DNA of 31,975 bases. Origin: a virus. Lineage: Duplodnaviria; Caudoviricetes. How positions within the stretch are numbered: the stretch's first letter is position 1; each line of letters begins with the position of its first letter. A program made the translations under genes and the position numbers. Positions 17,608-25,860 of the stretch are shown here, piece after piece. Below the pieces are notes generated by a model. The model searched no databases, had not been told where the DNA came from, and was given only the letters and a program-made list of their open reading frames with translations. The stretch spans positions 1 to 31,975 of IMG/VR virus record IMGVR_UViG_3300032295_001031, one strand, 5' to 3'.

Positions 17608-19572
17608 ATGAAAATAGCGTTTGGTTACTGGGACACTAGAAAATTAGCAAAAGGAATAACAAAAAATTTTGCTGATTTAACATTGTACTGGACAAAGACA
17701 ACCGGTGATACATTAGCAAAGCAAGTAGATACAACTATCACTAGTTTTATTATTTCTTCAGATAATATAAACACAATAATAAAACAAGCAAGTATAGAAT
17801 CTGCTGATTTTTTGTTTGTAGTGTCGTCAGGTACTATTTTCTTAAACCCTATTCCTGTAGCCAACGGCCTATTAGAATTTATAAAAACAAACCCTGCAAT
17901 AGCTGGACACATTATTGACCATTCAATTAAAAACAATAATTGGAAATCTTTCTTTGGCTTACACGAGCAGTGTATTTTAATTTCTAAAAGAGTGATTGAC
18001 GATATAGTAACTGAAGATTTTATAATAACAGAATCATTTGAATATAGTGATACTAGTTGGCCGTCAATTGTAAGAAGTCAAGAAAATATACATGATGACT
18101 ATACTCCGCTATGGATAACAAAAGAATCTGAAAAAACATTACAAATAGAAAAGAAAAATTCTGAATTCTGTCTTTTTCACGACCTAATTAAATTTGCCAT
18201 TAACAAAAATTATACTATACACAACTTACCTCAAGAAGTTAGACAGCATAGAACCTATACGTATCATTTAACTAGACCGGGCGACATTGAAGCATTAATA
18301 GATAAACCGTTATCTGAAATCAACAAGATAGAAACACAGGTAAAAGGACATAAAGAATTTTTAATTAAATGGAAAACGTTATTAAATCCCGAAACAGGTT
18401 TTTGGGCCTATAATACAGAATCTACAACAGTTGATAAGAATTTAAAAGTTGATTGTTTTATTGCTGTTGCTAGTGGAATTATTCCGTGGAGCTATCTTGC
18501 AAAATTTGATCTCCAGCCAAATTCAAATATTTATTTTGTTGATGTAAATCAAAACTGTCTAGACTTTCAAAAATATATTTTAGACAATCTTTACAACTTT
18601 GATAATTATGCAGATATTGTTGAAGAATTTAACAAAGAGCGTGGTCTAATTAAATTTGGATCAAAAAGCCAAGCAGTAGATGAAGATAAGTTATTAACTG
18701 AAATTAAAGAAAAATGGAACATTATTAAAACTTGTAATTTTTACTTTGTCAACGGCAACATTATTCAACTAACTGACGACATTAAACAGTCTGTAAAGAA
18801 TTCCAAACATCCGTACCTTTGGTTTAGTAATGTACTACGTTACATTCCTAGTTTAACACAAATGTATCATGATGACAATCTTCAGGCCTATCTAACAGAA
18901 TTGCTATCTTATAATTTAAACTTTTCTTGGTCAGGAATTGGCATTAATAATCATAGAAGTTCTGGACCAAATAGTTTACCAAACGCTTCTGGAAATTTTT
19001 ATAAAACACTAAACATTAAATTGCCGTATGATGATTTTTTAGATGAGATAGAAACTTTAGAAAAATTAAAACTTTTTACTCCACACAGAGAAGAAAACTC
19101 TGTTAAGGGAGTTAGTCTACATAGGGGATGGTCAAGTTTTGTTATGCACGGTTTAGGGTATAACAAAACTGAGGGATATGAAGTTTATGGGTATGCCAAT
19201 AATGACGATGCTCCGTATGATTGGACACTGGAATCATTAGAGCATTGTCCAAAATTAGTAGCTTGGTTTAAAGAAAACAAGTTTAAAGACAGATATCATA
19301 GAGTTAGAATAATGAAATTAGCACCAGGAGGAATGATAGGACTACATTACGATAATCCTAACTCCGATACATGGGCAACTAATATGGCTATTAATAATCC
19401 GGAAGAATGTGAAATGCATTTTTGGAATAAAAATTGGCAGTATTTAGGCCAAGTTCCTTGGAAAGCTGGTGACACTAATAAGATTAGAATTGGTTACTAT
19501 CACATAGTAATTAATAAAAGCAATAAAGCAAGATATCATATGATCACACATGGAGAAGGCGGATGGATGTAA
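17608..19572 (+). CDS. Multi-domain protein with C-terminal 2OG-Fe(II) oxygenase (Asp/Asn beta-hydroxylase-like) domain and possible central Rossmann/methyltransferase-like domain
   Basis: Start moved to ATG 17608 (AAGGAG RBS at 17598-17603). The C-terminal RVRIMKLAPGGMIGLHYD...HIVINKSNKARYH gives the HxD...H facial triad plus the 2OG-binding Arg. The central IAVASG...IYFVDVN...WFSNV resembles a SAM-binding fold (weaker). The N-terminal domain is unassigned. Confidence 0.72.
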   Translation: MKIAFGYWDTRKLAKGITKNFADLTLYWTKTTGDTLAKQVDTTITSFIISSDNINTIIKQASIESADFLFVVSSGTIFLNPIPVANGLLEFIKTNPAIAGHIIDHSIKNNNWKSFFGLHEQCILISKRVIDDIVTEDFIITESFEYSDTSWPSIVRSQENIHDDYTPLWITKESEKTLQIEKKNSEFCLFHDLIKFAINKNYTIHNLPQEVRQHRTYTYHLTRPGDIEALIDKPLSEINKIETQVKGHKEFLIKWKTLLNPETGFWAYNTESTTVDKNLKVDCFIAVASGIIPWSYLAKFDLQPNSNIYFVDVNQNCLDFQKYILDNLYNFDNYADIVEEFNKERGLIKFGSKSQAVDEDKLLTEIKEKWNIIKTCNFYFVNGNIIQLTDDIKQSVKNSKHPYLWFSNVLRYIPSLTQMYHDDNLQAYLTELLSYNLNFSWSGIGINNHRSSGPNSLPNASGNFYKTLNIKLPYDDFLDEIETLEKLKLFTPHREENSVKGVSLHRGWSSFVMHGLGYNKTEGYEVYGYANNDDAPYDWTLESLEHCPKLVAWFKENKFKDRYHRVRIMKLAPGGMIGLHYDNPNSDTWATNMAINNPEECEMHFWNKNWQYLGQVPWKAGDTNKIRIGYYHIVINKSNKARYHMITHGEGGWM

Positions 19573-20798
19573 ATAAGGAAACATTTTGTATTGCACCCTT
19601 TACTCATTTGTCAACAAAAACAGATGGCAGTATAAAAGCCTGTTGTAGAAGCTTGCCATCCCTAGCAAACATAAAGAACGAATCTTTATTGCAGGCATGG
19701 AATAATAGTGAAATGAAACAGCTTCGTAGCGATCTTATAAACGGTATTAAAAATGAAAAGTGCAATGTTTGTTGGAAACTAGAAGATGTTGGAGCACAAA
19801 GCCTTCGAATGAAATATAACAATCCAAATACTGGCAGACAACTAATTAATGCAGATACAAATTTAAAATCTTTAAATGAGGATTATAGTTTAAACAACAA
19901 GCCAACATGGATTGAATTTAAACTTAGTAATCTTTGTAATTTTAAATGTCGTATGTGTCATCCTATGGACAGTACACGCTGGTTTGAAGATTATAAAAAG
20001 ATAGTACATTTACACGATACTGGTTGGCAGAAAGAAATGGAAAATCTTAATCTAACTAAAAAATCGTTGTTAAGAAGTTATTCGGAAGAATTTTTTGAAA
20101 GTCTGCCAGAGTTAATGAGTAATGTTGATGAAATTTGGTTTGCTGGCGGAGAGCCGCTTTATGACGACGATCACTATAGAATACTTGATAGTGTAATGCA
20201 TCGTGCTGATAAAATTACTTTAAATTATGCAACTAATTTAAGTATGCTATCTAATAAAAAATACAACGTAGTTAATTATTGGAAAAAGTTTAAGAAAGTT
20301 ATTGCAGCAGTAAGTTTAGACGGACCACCTGAACTTAATGAATATATTAGGTCCGGTGCTGATAGTAAAGTTATTGAAGAAAATATAAAAATAGTACAAA
20401 AAGAATTGCCTAATGTTCTTATACATGGTAAAATGACAGTGCAAGCCTTAAACATTTATTATGCCCCAGAAACATTTGAATGGTTTAAAAGTATGAATGT
20501 TTTTACCGGGGTACATTTTGTTACGTGGCCAAATTTTTTAGATAGTCGTATATGGACTGGTGATGCAAGACAAGAGATAAAAGAAAAACTACAAAGTTAT
20601 CTAACTCATCAAGATAATCTTGTTGGCTTGCAATTAAATGTAGGTAATAGTGTTAGAGACATTGTTAGATTTTTTAATGCAGCAAATAAATTTGACGACA
20701 CTCAATGGAATAAGTTCTTAGAGTATAATAAAACACTTGATGTTGCAAGAAATGAAACATTTGAAAAATTTGAGTTTTTAAAAAAATGGATGAAATAA
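19563..20798 (+). CDS. Radical SAM enzyme 6 (subfamily C), N-terminal twitch-like domain
   Basis: FCIAPFTHL...GSIKACC...CNVC; SNLCNFKCRMC; FAGGEP; YATN; SLDG; YIRSG. Confidence 0.92.
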   Translation: MDVNKETFCIAPFTHLSTKTDGSIKACCRSLPSLANIKNESLLQAWNNSEMKQLRSDLINGIKNEKCNVCWKLEDVGAQSLRMKYNNPNTGRQLINADTNLKSLNEDYSLNNKPTWIEFKLSNLCNFKCRMCHPMDSTRWFEDYKKIVHLHDTGWQKEMENLNLTKKSLLRSYSEEFFESLPELMSNVDEIWFAGGEPLYDDDHYRILDSVMHRADKITLNYATNLSMLSNKKYNVVNYWKKFKKVIAAVSLDGPPELNEYIRSGADSKVIEENIKIVQKELPNVLIHGKMTVQALNIYYAPETFEWFKSMNVFTGVHFVTWPNFLDSRIWTGDARQEIKEKLQSYLTHQDNLVGLQLNVGNSVRDIVRFFNAANKFDDTQWNKFLEYNKTLDVARNETFEKFEFLKKWMK

Positions 20799-21967
20799 AA
20801 TCTAAAACATTCTGTGTGTTACCTTGGATGCATCTAGCTACAAATGCTAGCGGTAATCTTCGAGTATGCTGTAATAGCAGTCCAAAAAATAATAATATTT
20901 TAAAAAGTAACGGATCTTCGTATCAGGTCCAACGAGATGACATGTTAGAAGCATGGAATAGTCCCACGTATACAAAAATAAGACAGCAGTTTTTAGATGG
21001 CGAACGACCTGATATGTGCGTTAGATGTTTTCGAGAAGAAGATGCAGGTATCAAAAGTGCAAGACAAGCAGCTAACAGCAAATGGGGGACGGACGGAGAG
21101 TATCCGATTCAGGCAACATTTAATATTAGGTATGTTGATATTCGATTGAGTAATTTATGTAATCTAAAATGTCGTATGTGTAACCCGTATGCTAGTAATA
21201 TGTGGACAGAAGAATGGCCTTTAATAGGTGAAGTTCTCAGTCAAAGTGAATACGATAGATTAAACAACATGGATTGGCCTGAACGAGAAAAAACTTGGGA
21301 AAATTTATATCTTATTGCCGACACTGTAGAAGAAATATATCTAACAGGCGGTGAGCCAACTATTATTAAAGCACAGCATAAACTCTTAGATTATTTTATA
21401 GATAGGGGTACTGCTAAAAATATTAGATTAAAATACAATACAAATCTTACTAATGTTCCAAAACATTTATTAGATCGGTGGACTCATTTTAAACGTGTAC
21501 AATTAAATTGTTCTATTGATGCAACCGGCGAACTTGATCGATATATTAGATTTCCTAGCAGTTGGCAGCATATTCAAGAAAATTTTGAAAAAATTAGGAC
21601 ATTAAAAAATTGTGCAATTGAAATACATTGTACTGTACAAATGTATAATATACTTCGCCTTGACGAATTAATTGATTGGGCTGTTCCTTACGGCCACAAG
21701 ATTTATTTTAATATATTAAATCATCCCGAAGAATTAAACATACGAGTTTTGCCGCAACACTTAAAAGAACAAGCAACTAAATTATTACAATCTTACTTGC
21801 ATTTAGACAAAGTTAAGGGTATAATTGACTATATGAATGCAGAAGATTGGAGCCACAAACTTCCTAAGTTTTATGCCTATACCGATGCATTAGATAAATC
21901 ACGAAATCAAAATTTATCATTATTAATACCAGAACTATCACATGAAAATACTAGTAGCAGGAAATAA
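20786..21967 (+). CDS. Radical SAM enzyme 7 (subfamily C), N-terminal twitch-like domain
   Basis: FCVLPWMHL...GNLRVCC...CVRC; DIRLSNLCNLKCRMC; LTGGEPT; YNTN; SIDA; YIRFPSSW. Confidence 0.92.
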   Translation: MDEIKSKTFCVLPWMHLATNASGNLRVCCNSSPKNNNILKSNGSSYQVQRDDMLEAWNSPTYTKIRQQFLDGERPDMCVRCFREEDAGIKSARQAANSKWGTDGEYPIQATFNIRYVDIRLSNLCNLKCRMCNPYASNMWTEEWPLIGEVLSQSEYDRLNNMDWPEREKTWENLYLIADTVEEIYLTGGEPTIIKAQHKLLDYFIDRGTAKNIRLKYNTNLTNVPKHLLDRWTHFKRVQLNCSIDATGELDRYIRFPSSWQHIQENFEKIRTLKNCAIEIHCTVQMYNILRLDELIDWAVPYGHKIYFNILNHPEELNIRVLPQHLKEQATKLLQSYLHLDKVKGIIDYMNAEDWSHKLPKFYAYTDALDKSRNQNLSLLIPELSHENTSSRK

Positions 21968-22496
21968 AAATTACGGCCTTGCTGCCGAATTGTATAAACT
22001 ATATCCAGATGCTTTTTTTGCTAGTCGCACTAGCGGGTTTGATTTAACAAAAAATGACGATCAAAAAAAATTAGCAGATTTAGTATTAGAGTATGATGTT
22101 TTCATCAACTGTAGTGCCTTATGGAAATTTAATCAAACTGTGTTACTTGATACAGTTTATAAAAAATGCACAGATAATAATCATCGTTCTTATATTATAT
22201 GCATTGGGTCTACTACTGATCGTGTGAAGAAAGGTGGAGCTTGGTTATACAATGCAGAAAAGAAAGCCTTAAGAGATTACTGCAATACATTAGGAATGAA
22301 TGGCGTCTGGGGTGTTACACCTAAAATAACTTTAATAAGTTTTGGAAGCCTAAGTAATGTTCAAGAAAAACACCCTACAAGAAAATGTTTAGACATTGAT
22401 AGAGCAGCGATATATATTAAGTGGTTATTAGAACAACCGACTGATATTTGTATTAACGAAATTAGTATAGATCCACTACAACAACCTTATGAATGA
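21942..22496 (+). CDS. Minimal short-chain dehydrogenase/reductase (SDR)-like protein (184 aa)
   Basis: N-terminal ILVAGNKNYGLA (Rossmann Gly motif), DLT, DVFINCS, ICIGS (catalytic Ser region) and YNAEK (YxxxK). Confidence 0.75.
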   Translation: MKILVAGNKNYGLAAELYKLYPDAFFASRTSGFDLTKNDDQKKLADLVLEYDVFINCSALWKFNQTVLLDTVYKKCTDNNHRSYIICIGSTTDRVKKGGAWLYNAEKKALRDYCNTLGMNGVWGVTPKITLISFGSLSNVQEKHPTRKCLDIDRAAIYIKWLLEQPTDICINEISIDPLQQPYE

Positions 22497-23658
22497 TTTA
22501 AGCTGGTCAGCATATGACTTCACTCAAATACCTTACAATGATATTGTTCGTGTAGGACAACGTACAATGTTGTACAAAGATCTCTTTACAGTCAGTTGGC
22601 TGTTAGGACGTTACTGCAATTATCGTTGCAGTTATTGCTGGCCATATGCCCGCAGTGACAGCAAAGATCACAGACCAACCGAACTGTGTTTGCGTACAAT
22701 AGATGAAATTAAACGACAGGCTAGAGAACGTAACTTTAACAGTTTCCATTTTAGTCTTAGTGGCGGCGAGCCTACCTTCCATCCTGGTTATATTGATATC
22801 CTTAATTACCTAAATGACGATGTAGCCAACACAAACTACACCAGTGTACACATGACCAGTAATATGAGCAGACCACTCAAATGGTTTGAAGAAAAGTATT
22901 GTCCTGCTGTTAGTAAGTTTCATCGTGCCAGTATCACTGCTAGTCTGCACACAGAACATGTAGACACCCCTGAGAAGATGCAGGAATTTGCTGACAAATT
23001 AATACTTTGTCAGAAACACGATGTTCAAATAACCATCAATCAAGTTATGGTTCCTGAATGGTTTGATCGTGATTTTGAAAATGCACTTTTCTTTCACAAT
23101 CAAGGTATCAATGTAACACTAAAACCGCAGAGCGATCCTACTGCCAGTAAAGTAGTAGATGGCTATACTGATGAGATGTTGAAACGTCTGCATAACGGTA
23201 TGCCGCAACGTGCGTTTACGGAGACAAAAAGCGCACTCGCCAAACTGGTAAAAAGACCTGAACCTAAGTTCTTTAAAACACCTGATCCCATATATCAAGA
23301 AGCACAGAGTAAAGTACCACAACACTTTCAAGTAGAGTTTAGAGATAGTGAGCATAAGATTTGGTATATGGATCAAGCAGAACGTTTTAATGCTTTTAAT
23401 TTTAACAAATTTAAAGACTGGGAATGTTCAAGCGGTTATAGAGGAATTATTATTCGCGAACCTGACGGCAGTATTAAACGTAGTTACAGTTGCGGTGATG
23501 CTCCTCTAGGAAATATTGAGACAGGATTTAAATTGTTTGATGGGCCTAAGCCTTGTATTAGTGATAGTTGTGTAAGTAGTGCTGATAGTAAAATACCCAA
23601 AAGAGCGCCCGGAACAAAGTTACCTCTGTGGCCGGGCGATACGACTTTTGAAAATTAA
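22489..23658 (+). CDS. Radical SAM enzyme 8 (divergent subfamily B), last gene of the cluster
   Basis: WLLGRYCNYRCSYC, SGGEPT, TSN and SLHTE; C-terminal WECSSG...SC....GN...PCISDSC. Confidence 0.92.
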   Translation: MNDLSWSAYDFTQIPYNDIVRVGQRTMLYKDLFTVSWLLGRYCNYRCSYCWPYARSDSKDHRPTELCLRTIDEIKRQARERNFNSFHFSLSGGEPTFHPGYIDILNYLNDDVANTNYTSVHMTSNMSRPLKWFEEKYCPAVSKFHRASITASLHTEHVDTPEKMQEFADKLILCQKHDVQITINQVMVPEWFDRDFENALFFHNQGINVTLKPQSDPTASKVVDGYTDEMLKRLHNGMPQRAFTETKSALAKLVKRPEPKFFKTPDPIYQEAQSKVPQHFQVEFRDSEHKIWYMDQAERFNAFNFNKFKDWECSSGYRGIIIREPDGSIKRSYSCGDAPLGNIETGFKLFDGPKPCISDSCVSSADSKIPKRAPGTKLPLWPGDTTFEN

Positions 23659-24329
23659 CGATCTAGCGGAAAAATTTCTGTAATAATTTTAGCACAAGCT
23701 AGGGCAATTTCCATGTGTTCTTTTTGTGTACCGTTTTCTTTACGTAGATCAATATAGTGTATCCAACTACGTAATGTACCATTCATGTACATACGACTAA
23801 TTGTAAGACCTTCTGGTAGAACAGCACGAGCCTGTTCTTTGGCAATACCGTTTTTAATAGCCCAGGAGTATTCTTGTTTAACACTAAACAGTACACGCTT
23901 CTGAGCACGTTCCCATTCAACAGCTAGTAGTTTTTGTTTTTCATCGCTCATATCTAACTCAACACTATTCTGACGATTCTTTGTATCTTGGAATCTTGCT
24001 TCACGTAATACAAACGCTTCATCTAACTCTGCTGTAGGATCAGCATATCGTTGGCTAAACTCTTGAAAGCTAAAACTACGATGACGTAAAATTTGACGAG
24101 CAATATCGCGAGTAGTTTCAATTTCAATACAGGCACTGACCATCTCAAGTGGCGACCAGTGTTGATGCTTGATCAAATACTTGATTAGTTTTTCACTAGT
24201 TTCTGTATTAAATTGATTAGCAGGATTGCTAACTCTGGCACAGTATGCAACAAGATCTAGTGCATCTGTAATATTCTGTTGACGAAACTCATCTGTTGGC
24301 TGTGAGTACGATACAAGTTTAACTTTCAT
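23655..24329 (-). CDS. thyX: FAD-dependent thymidylate synthase ThyX
   Basis: Signature RHRSFSFQEFSQRY (RHRX7S), plus HWSPLE, EQARAVLP and NGTLRSWIHY..LR...TQKEH. Confidence 0.97.
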   Translation of the reverse strand: MKVKLVSYSQPTDEFRQQNITDALDLVAYCARVSNPANQFNTETSEKLIKYLIKHQHWSPLEMVSACIEIETTRDIARQILRHRSFSFQEFSQRYADPTAELDEAFVLREARFQDTKNRQNSVELDMSDEKQKLLAVEWERAQKRVLFSVKQEYSWAIKNGIAKEQARAVLPEGLTISRMYMNGTLRSWIHYIDLRKENGTQKEHMEIALACAKIITEIFPLDR

Positions 24330-24646
24330 CTAAGATGTCTTTTTTTTAAAAATTTGTTTGTATGTTTAATCATGTCTTTTTTAACTCGTTCTGTATCTAA
24401 TTTAAAATCGACATTGTCTATTTTGCTTTCGTATGAGGAAAGCATTTCTTTGAGGCTCGTCTCAAACGAGTCCCAATCACTTTGTGCCTGCTTTGCTCTC
24501 ATATTAATTTCCCACACTTTACCATTCTTGAATTTAATCGTAATGGAATCTAAGTATTTTAGCGGAACTACGTTTAGTGTAATTTCGCCAAATACTTCAG
24601 GCCAGTGTTCTACTACATCAGTGGGAAACTTCTTTCCCTTGGTCAC
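24326..24646 (-). CDS. Hypothetical protein (106 aa)
   Basis: GTG start in a GTGA overlap with the upstream gene; ATGA overlap with thyX. Confidence 0.72.
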   Translation of the reverse strand: MTKGKKFPTDVVEHWPEVFGEITLNVVPLKYLDSITIKFKNGKVWEINMRAKQAQSDWDSFETSLKEMLSSYESKIDNVDFKLDTERVKKDMIKHTNKFLKKRHLR

Positions 24647-25305
24647 TCTTTAATAGCTGTCTTTTTCTTTGCAGGAGATAAATCTTCGGCCTTTCTACGC
24701 ATTTCTGCAGCCTGTTTACTTAACTTATCAGCTTGACTACGATAGAACTTAGCGACATCATCCGGAGTTCCGGACGGCACAGTTAATTCTTGTTCTGCTT
24801 CATTGACACTTGCACTAGTTGTTCTACCTTGATCAACTACTGGATCTGTGTTATTAGATGTAGGACTAATATCTTTAGCTGTAGCAATTTCTTTAATTTC
24901 GCTTTTTGCCTTACTATCTGTAACAGCTAGATCCTGGACGCTTATTCCCTGTTGTTCTGCAATCATTTGATTTAATTCAGATAACAAAATTGCTACAGAA
25001 TTATTTGGTAGCATTTCAATCATGTCGGTGGGAACTTTAACTAAGTTTCCTTTTGCATGTAGACTAGGCAACATTGTACTACCGTCGGAGAAAACAGCAC
25101 GAGCTAGTACTTCGGCAAACTCGTTTGCATTTTGCGCAGCCGGTGATTCAACTAGATTAATCAATGAGTCATGATAACTGTCTGACAAATTTTCTGTTTG
25201 TACAATTAGACAATTAAATGCATCGTTAGGTAACGTTCTAAAAACCACAAGACATTTTCTGCCATTAGTTTTAATACGACCTACGTGTTTTAAATTTACA
25301 GCCAT
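24643..25305 (-). CDS. Hypothetical protein (220 aa) with low-complexity linker and C-terminal helical segment
   Basis: AGGAG RBS, long ORF, coupled to neighbours; no catalytic motif recognised. Confidence 0.78.
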   Translation of the reverse strand: MAVNLKHVGRIKTNGRKCLVVFRTLPNDAFNCLIVQTENLSDSYHDSLINLVESPAAQNANEFAEVLARAVFSDGSTMLPSLHAKGNLVKVPTDMIEMLPNNSVAILLSELNQMIAEQQGISVQDLAVTDSKAKSEIKEIATAKDISPTSNNTDPVVDQGRTTSASVNEAEQELTVPSGTPDDVAKFYRSQADKLSKQAAEMRRKAEDLSPAKKKTAIKE

Positions 25306-25306
25306 A

Positions 25307-25540
25307 TTAGGCTCCTTGTTTTGTTTGTTTTGACACTGTTTCTAAAAATGAAAATAGCTTTTGATAAGTTTGTCCAACAGCTATCATTTCGTTAGGTTTA
25401 AATGCACCGCGAGAACTAGCAATATCAATGATAGTTTTAAGAGCATTAAGGTCATTAACAGTTAAATCTGCAGATTCCTGTTGCTCAGGTGCAGGGGTTG
25501 GTTGTGCCGATGGCATTGGTGTTTTAGTTTCTTCAGTCAT
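25307..25540 (-). CDS. Small hypothetical protein (77 aa)
   Basis: Strong AAGGAG RBS; Pro/Gln/Glu-rich N-terminus followed by a helical core (LTVNDL...IIDIASSRGAFK). Confidence 0.8.
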   Translation of the reverse strand: MTEETKTPMPSAQPTPAPEQQESADLTVNDLNALKTIIDIASSRGAFKPNEMIAVGQTYQKLFSFLETVSKQTKQGA

Positions 25541-25571
25541 AAGATCTCCTTGTAAGATTATATATGTATAT

Positions 25572-25579
25572 TAATTATC
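25572..25579 (-). promoter_or_regulatory. Late-promoter-like motif GATAATTA
   Basis: In the 41-nt gap upstream of gene 25540, about 20 nt before its AAGGAG RBS. Confidence 0.4.
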
Positions 25580-25581
25580 TA

Positions 25582-25860
25582 TTAGATTAAATGTGGACAT
25601 GCAAGTTTGAAGAAACTAAGTTCTTTTTCCTGTTCAAACCCTATCTTTGTAACATAGACTACAGTGTTATCAACAAGATCTACAGCTTGACCTATGTAAT
25701 AACGACTATTTAAGTTGGTGTAAATCCAAGAATCTATATTTTTATGAAATGCTGGCGTGTATTTAGGTAACAACGTATAATGGAAATGAAACGCTGGAAA
25801 TGAGACCTTTCTCAAATCCAGCGCATTAAGGGGATTAACCTTACCAGTTTTTAAACTCAT
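25582..25860 (-). CDS. Hypothetical protein (92 aa)
   Basis: TAATG coupling with the upstream VWA gene. Confidence 0.72.
   Translation of the reverse strand: MSLKTGKVNPLNALDLRKVSFPAFHFHYTLLPKYTPAFHKNIDSWIYTNLNSRYYIGQAVDLVDNTVVYVTKIGFEQEKELSFFKLACPHLI

Noticed and set aside
9314-23376. Short antisense or alternative-frame ORFs inside the enzyme cluster (e.g. 11964-12326, 15459-15767, 17625-17936) as possible precursor peptides
   Set aside because: All are fully or largely nested in well-supported genes and lack an RBS or precursor-like features.
11188-23658. Assigning the radical SAM genes to MoaA, PqqE, NirJ or anaerobic sulfatase maturase
   Set aside because: No partner genes for those pathways are present and family-specific features are missing (e.g. 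no MoaA-type C-terminal GG), so only superfamily-level calls are supported.
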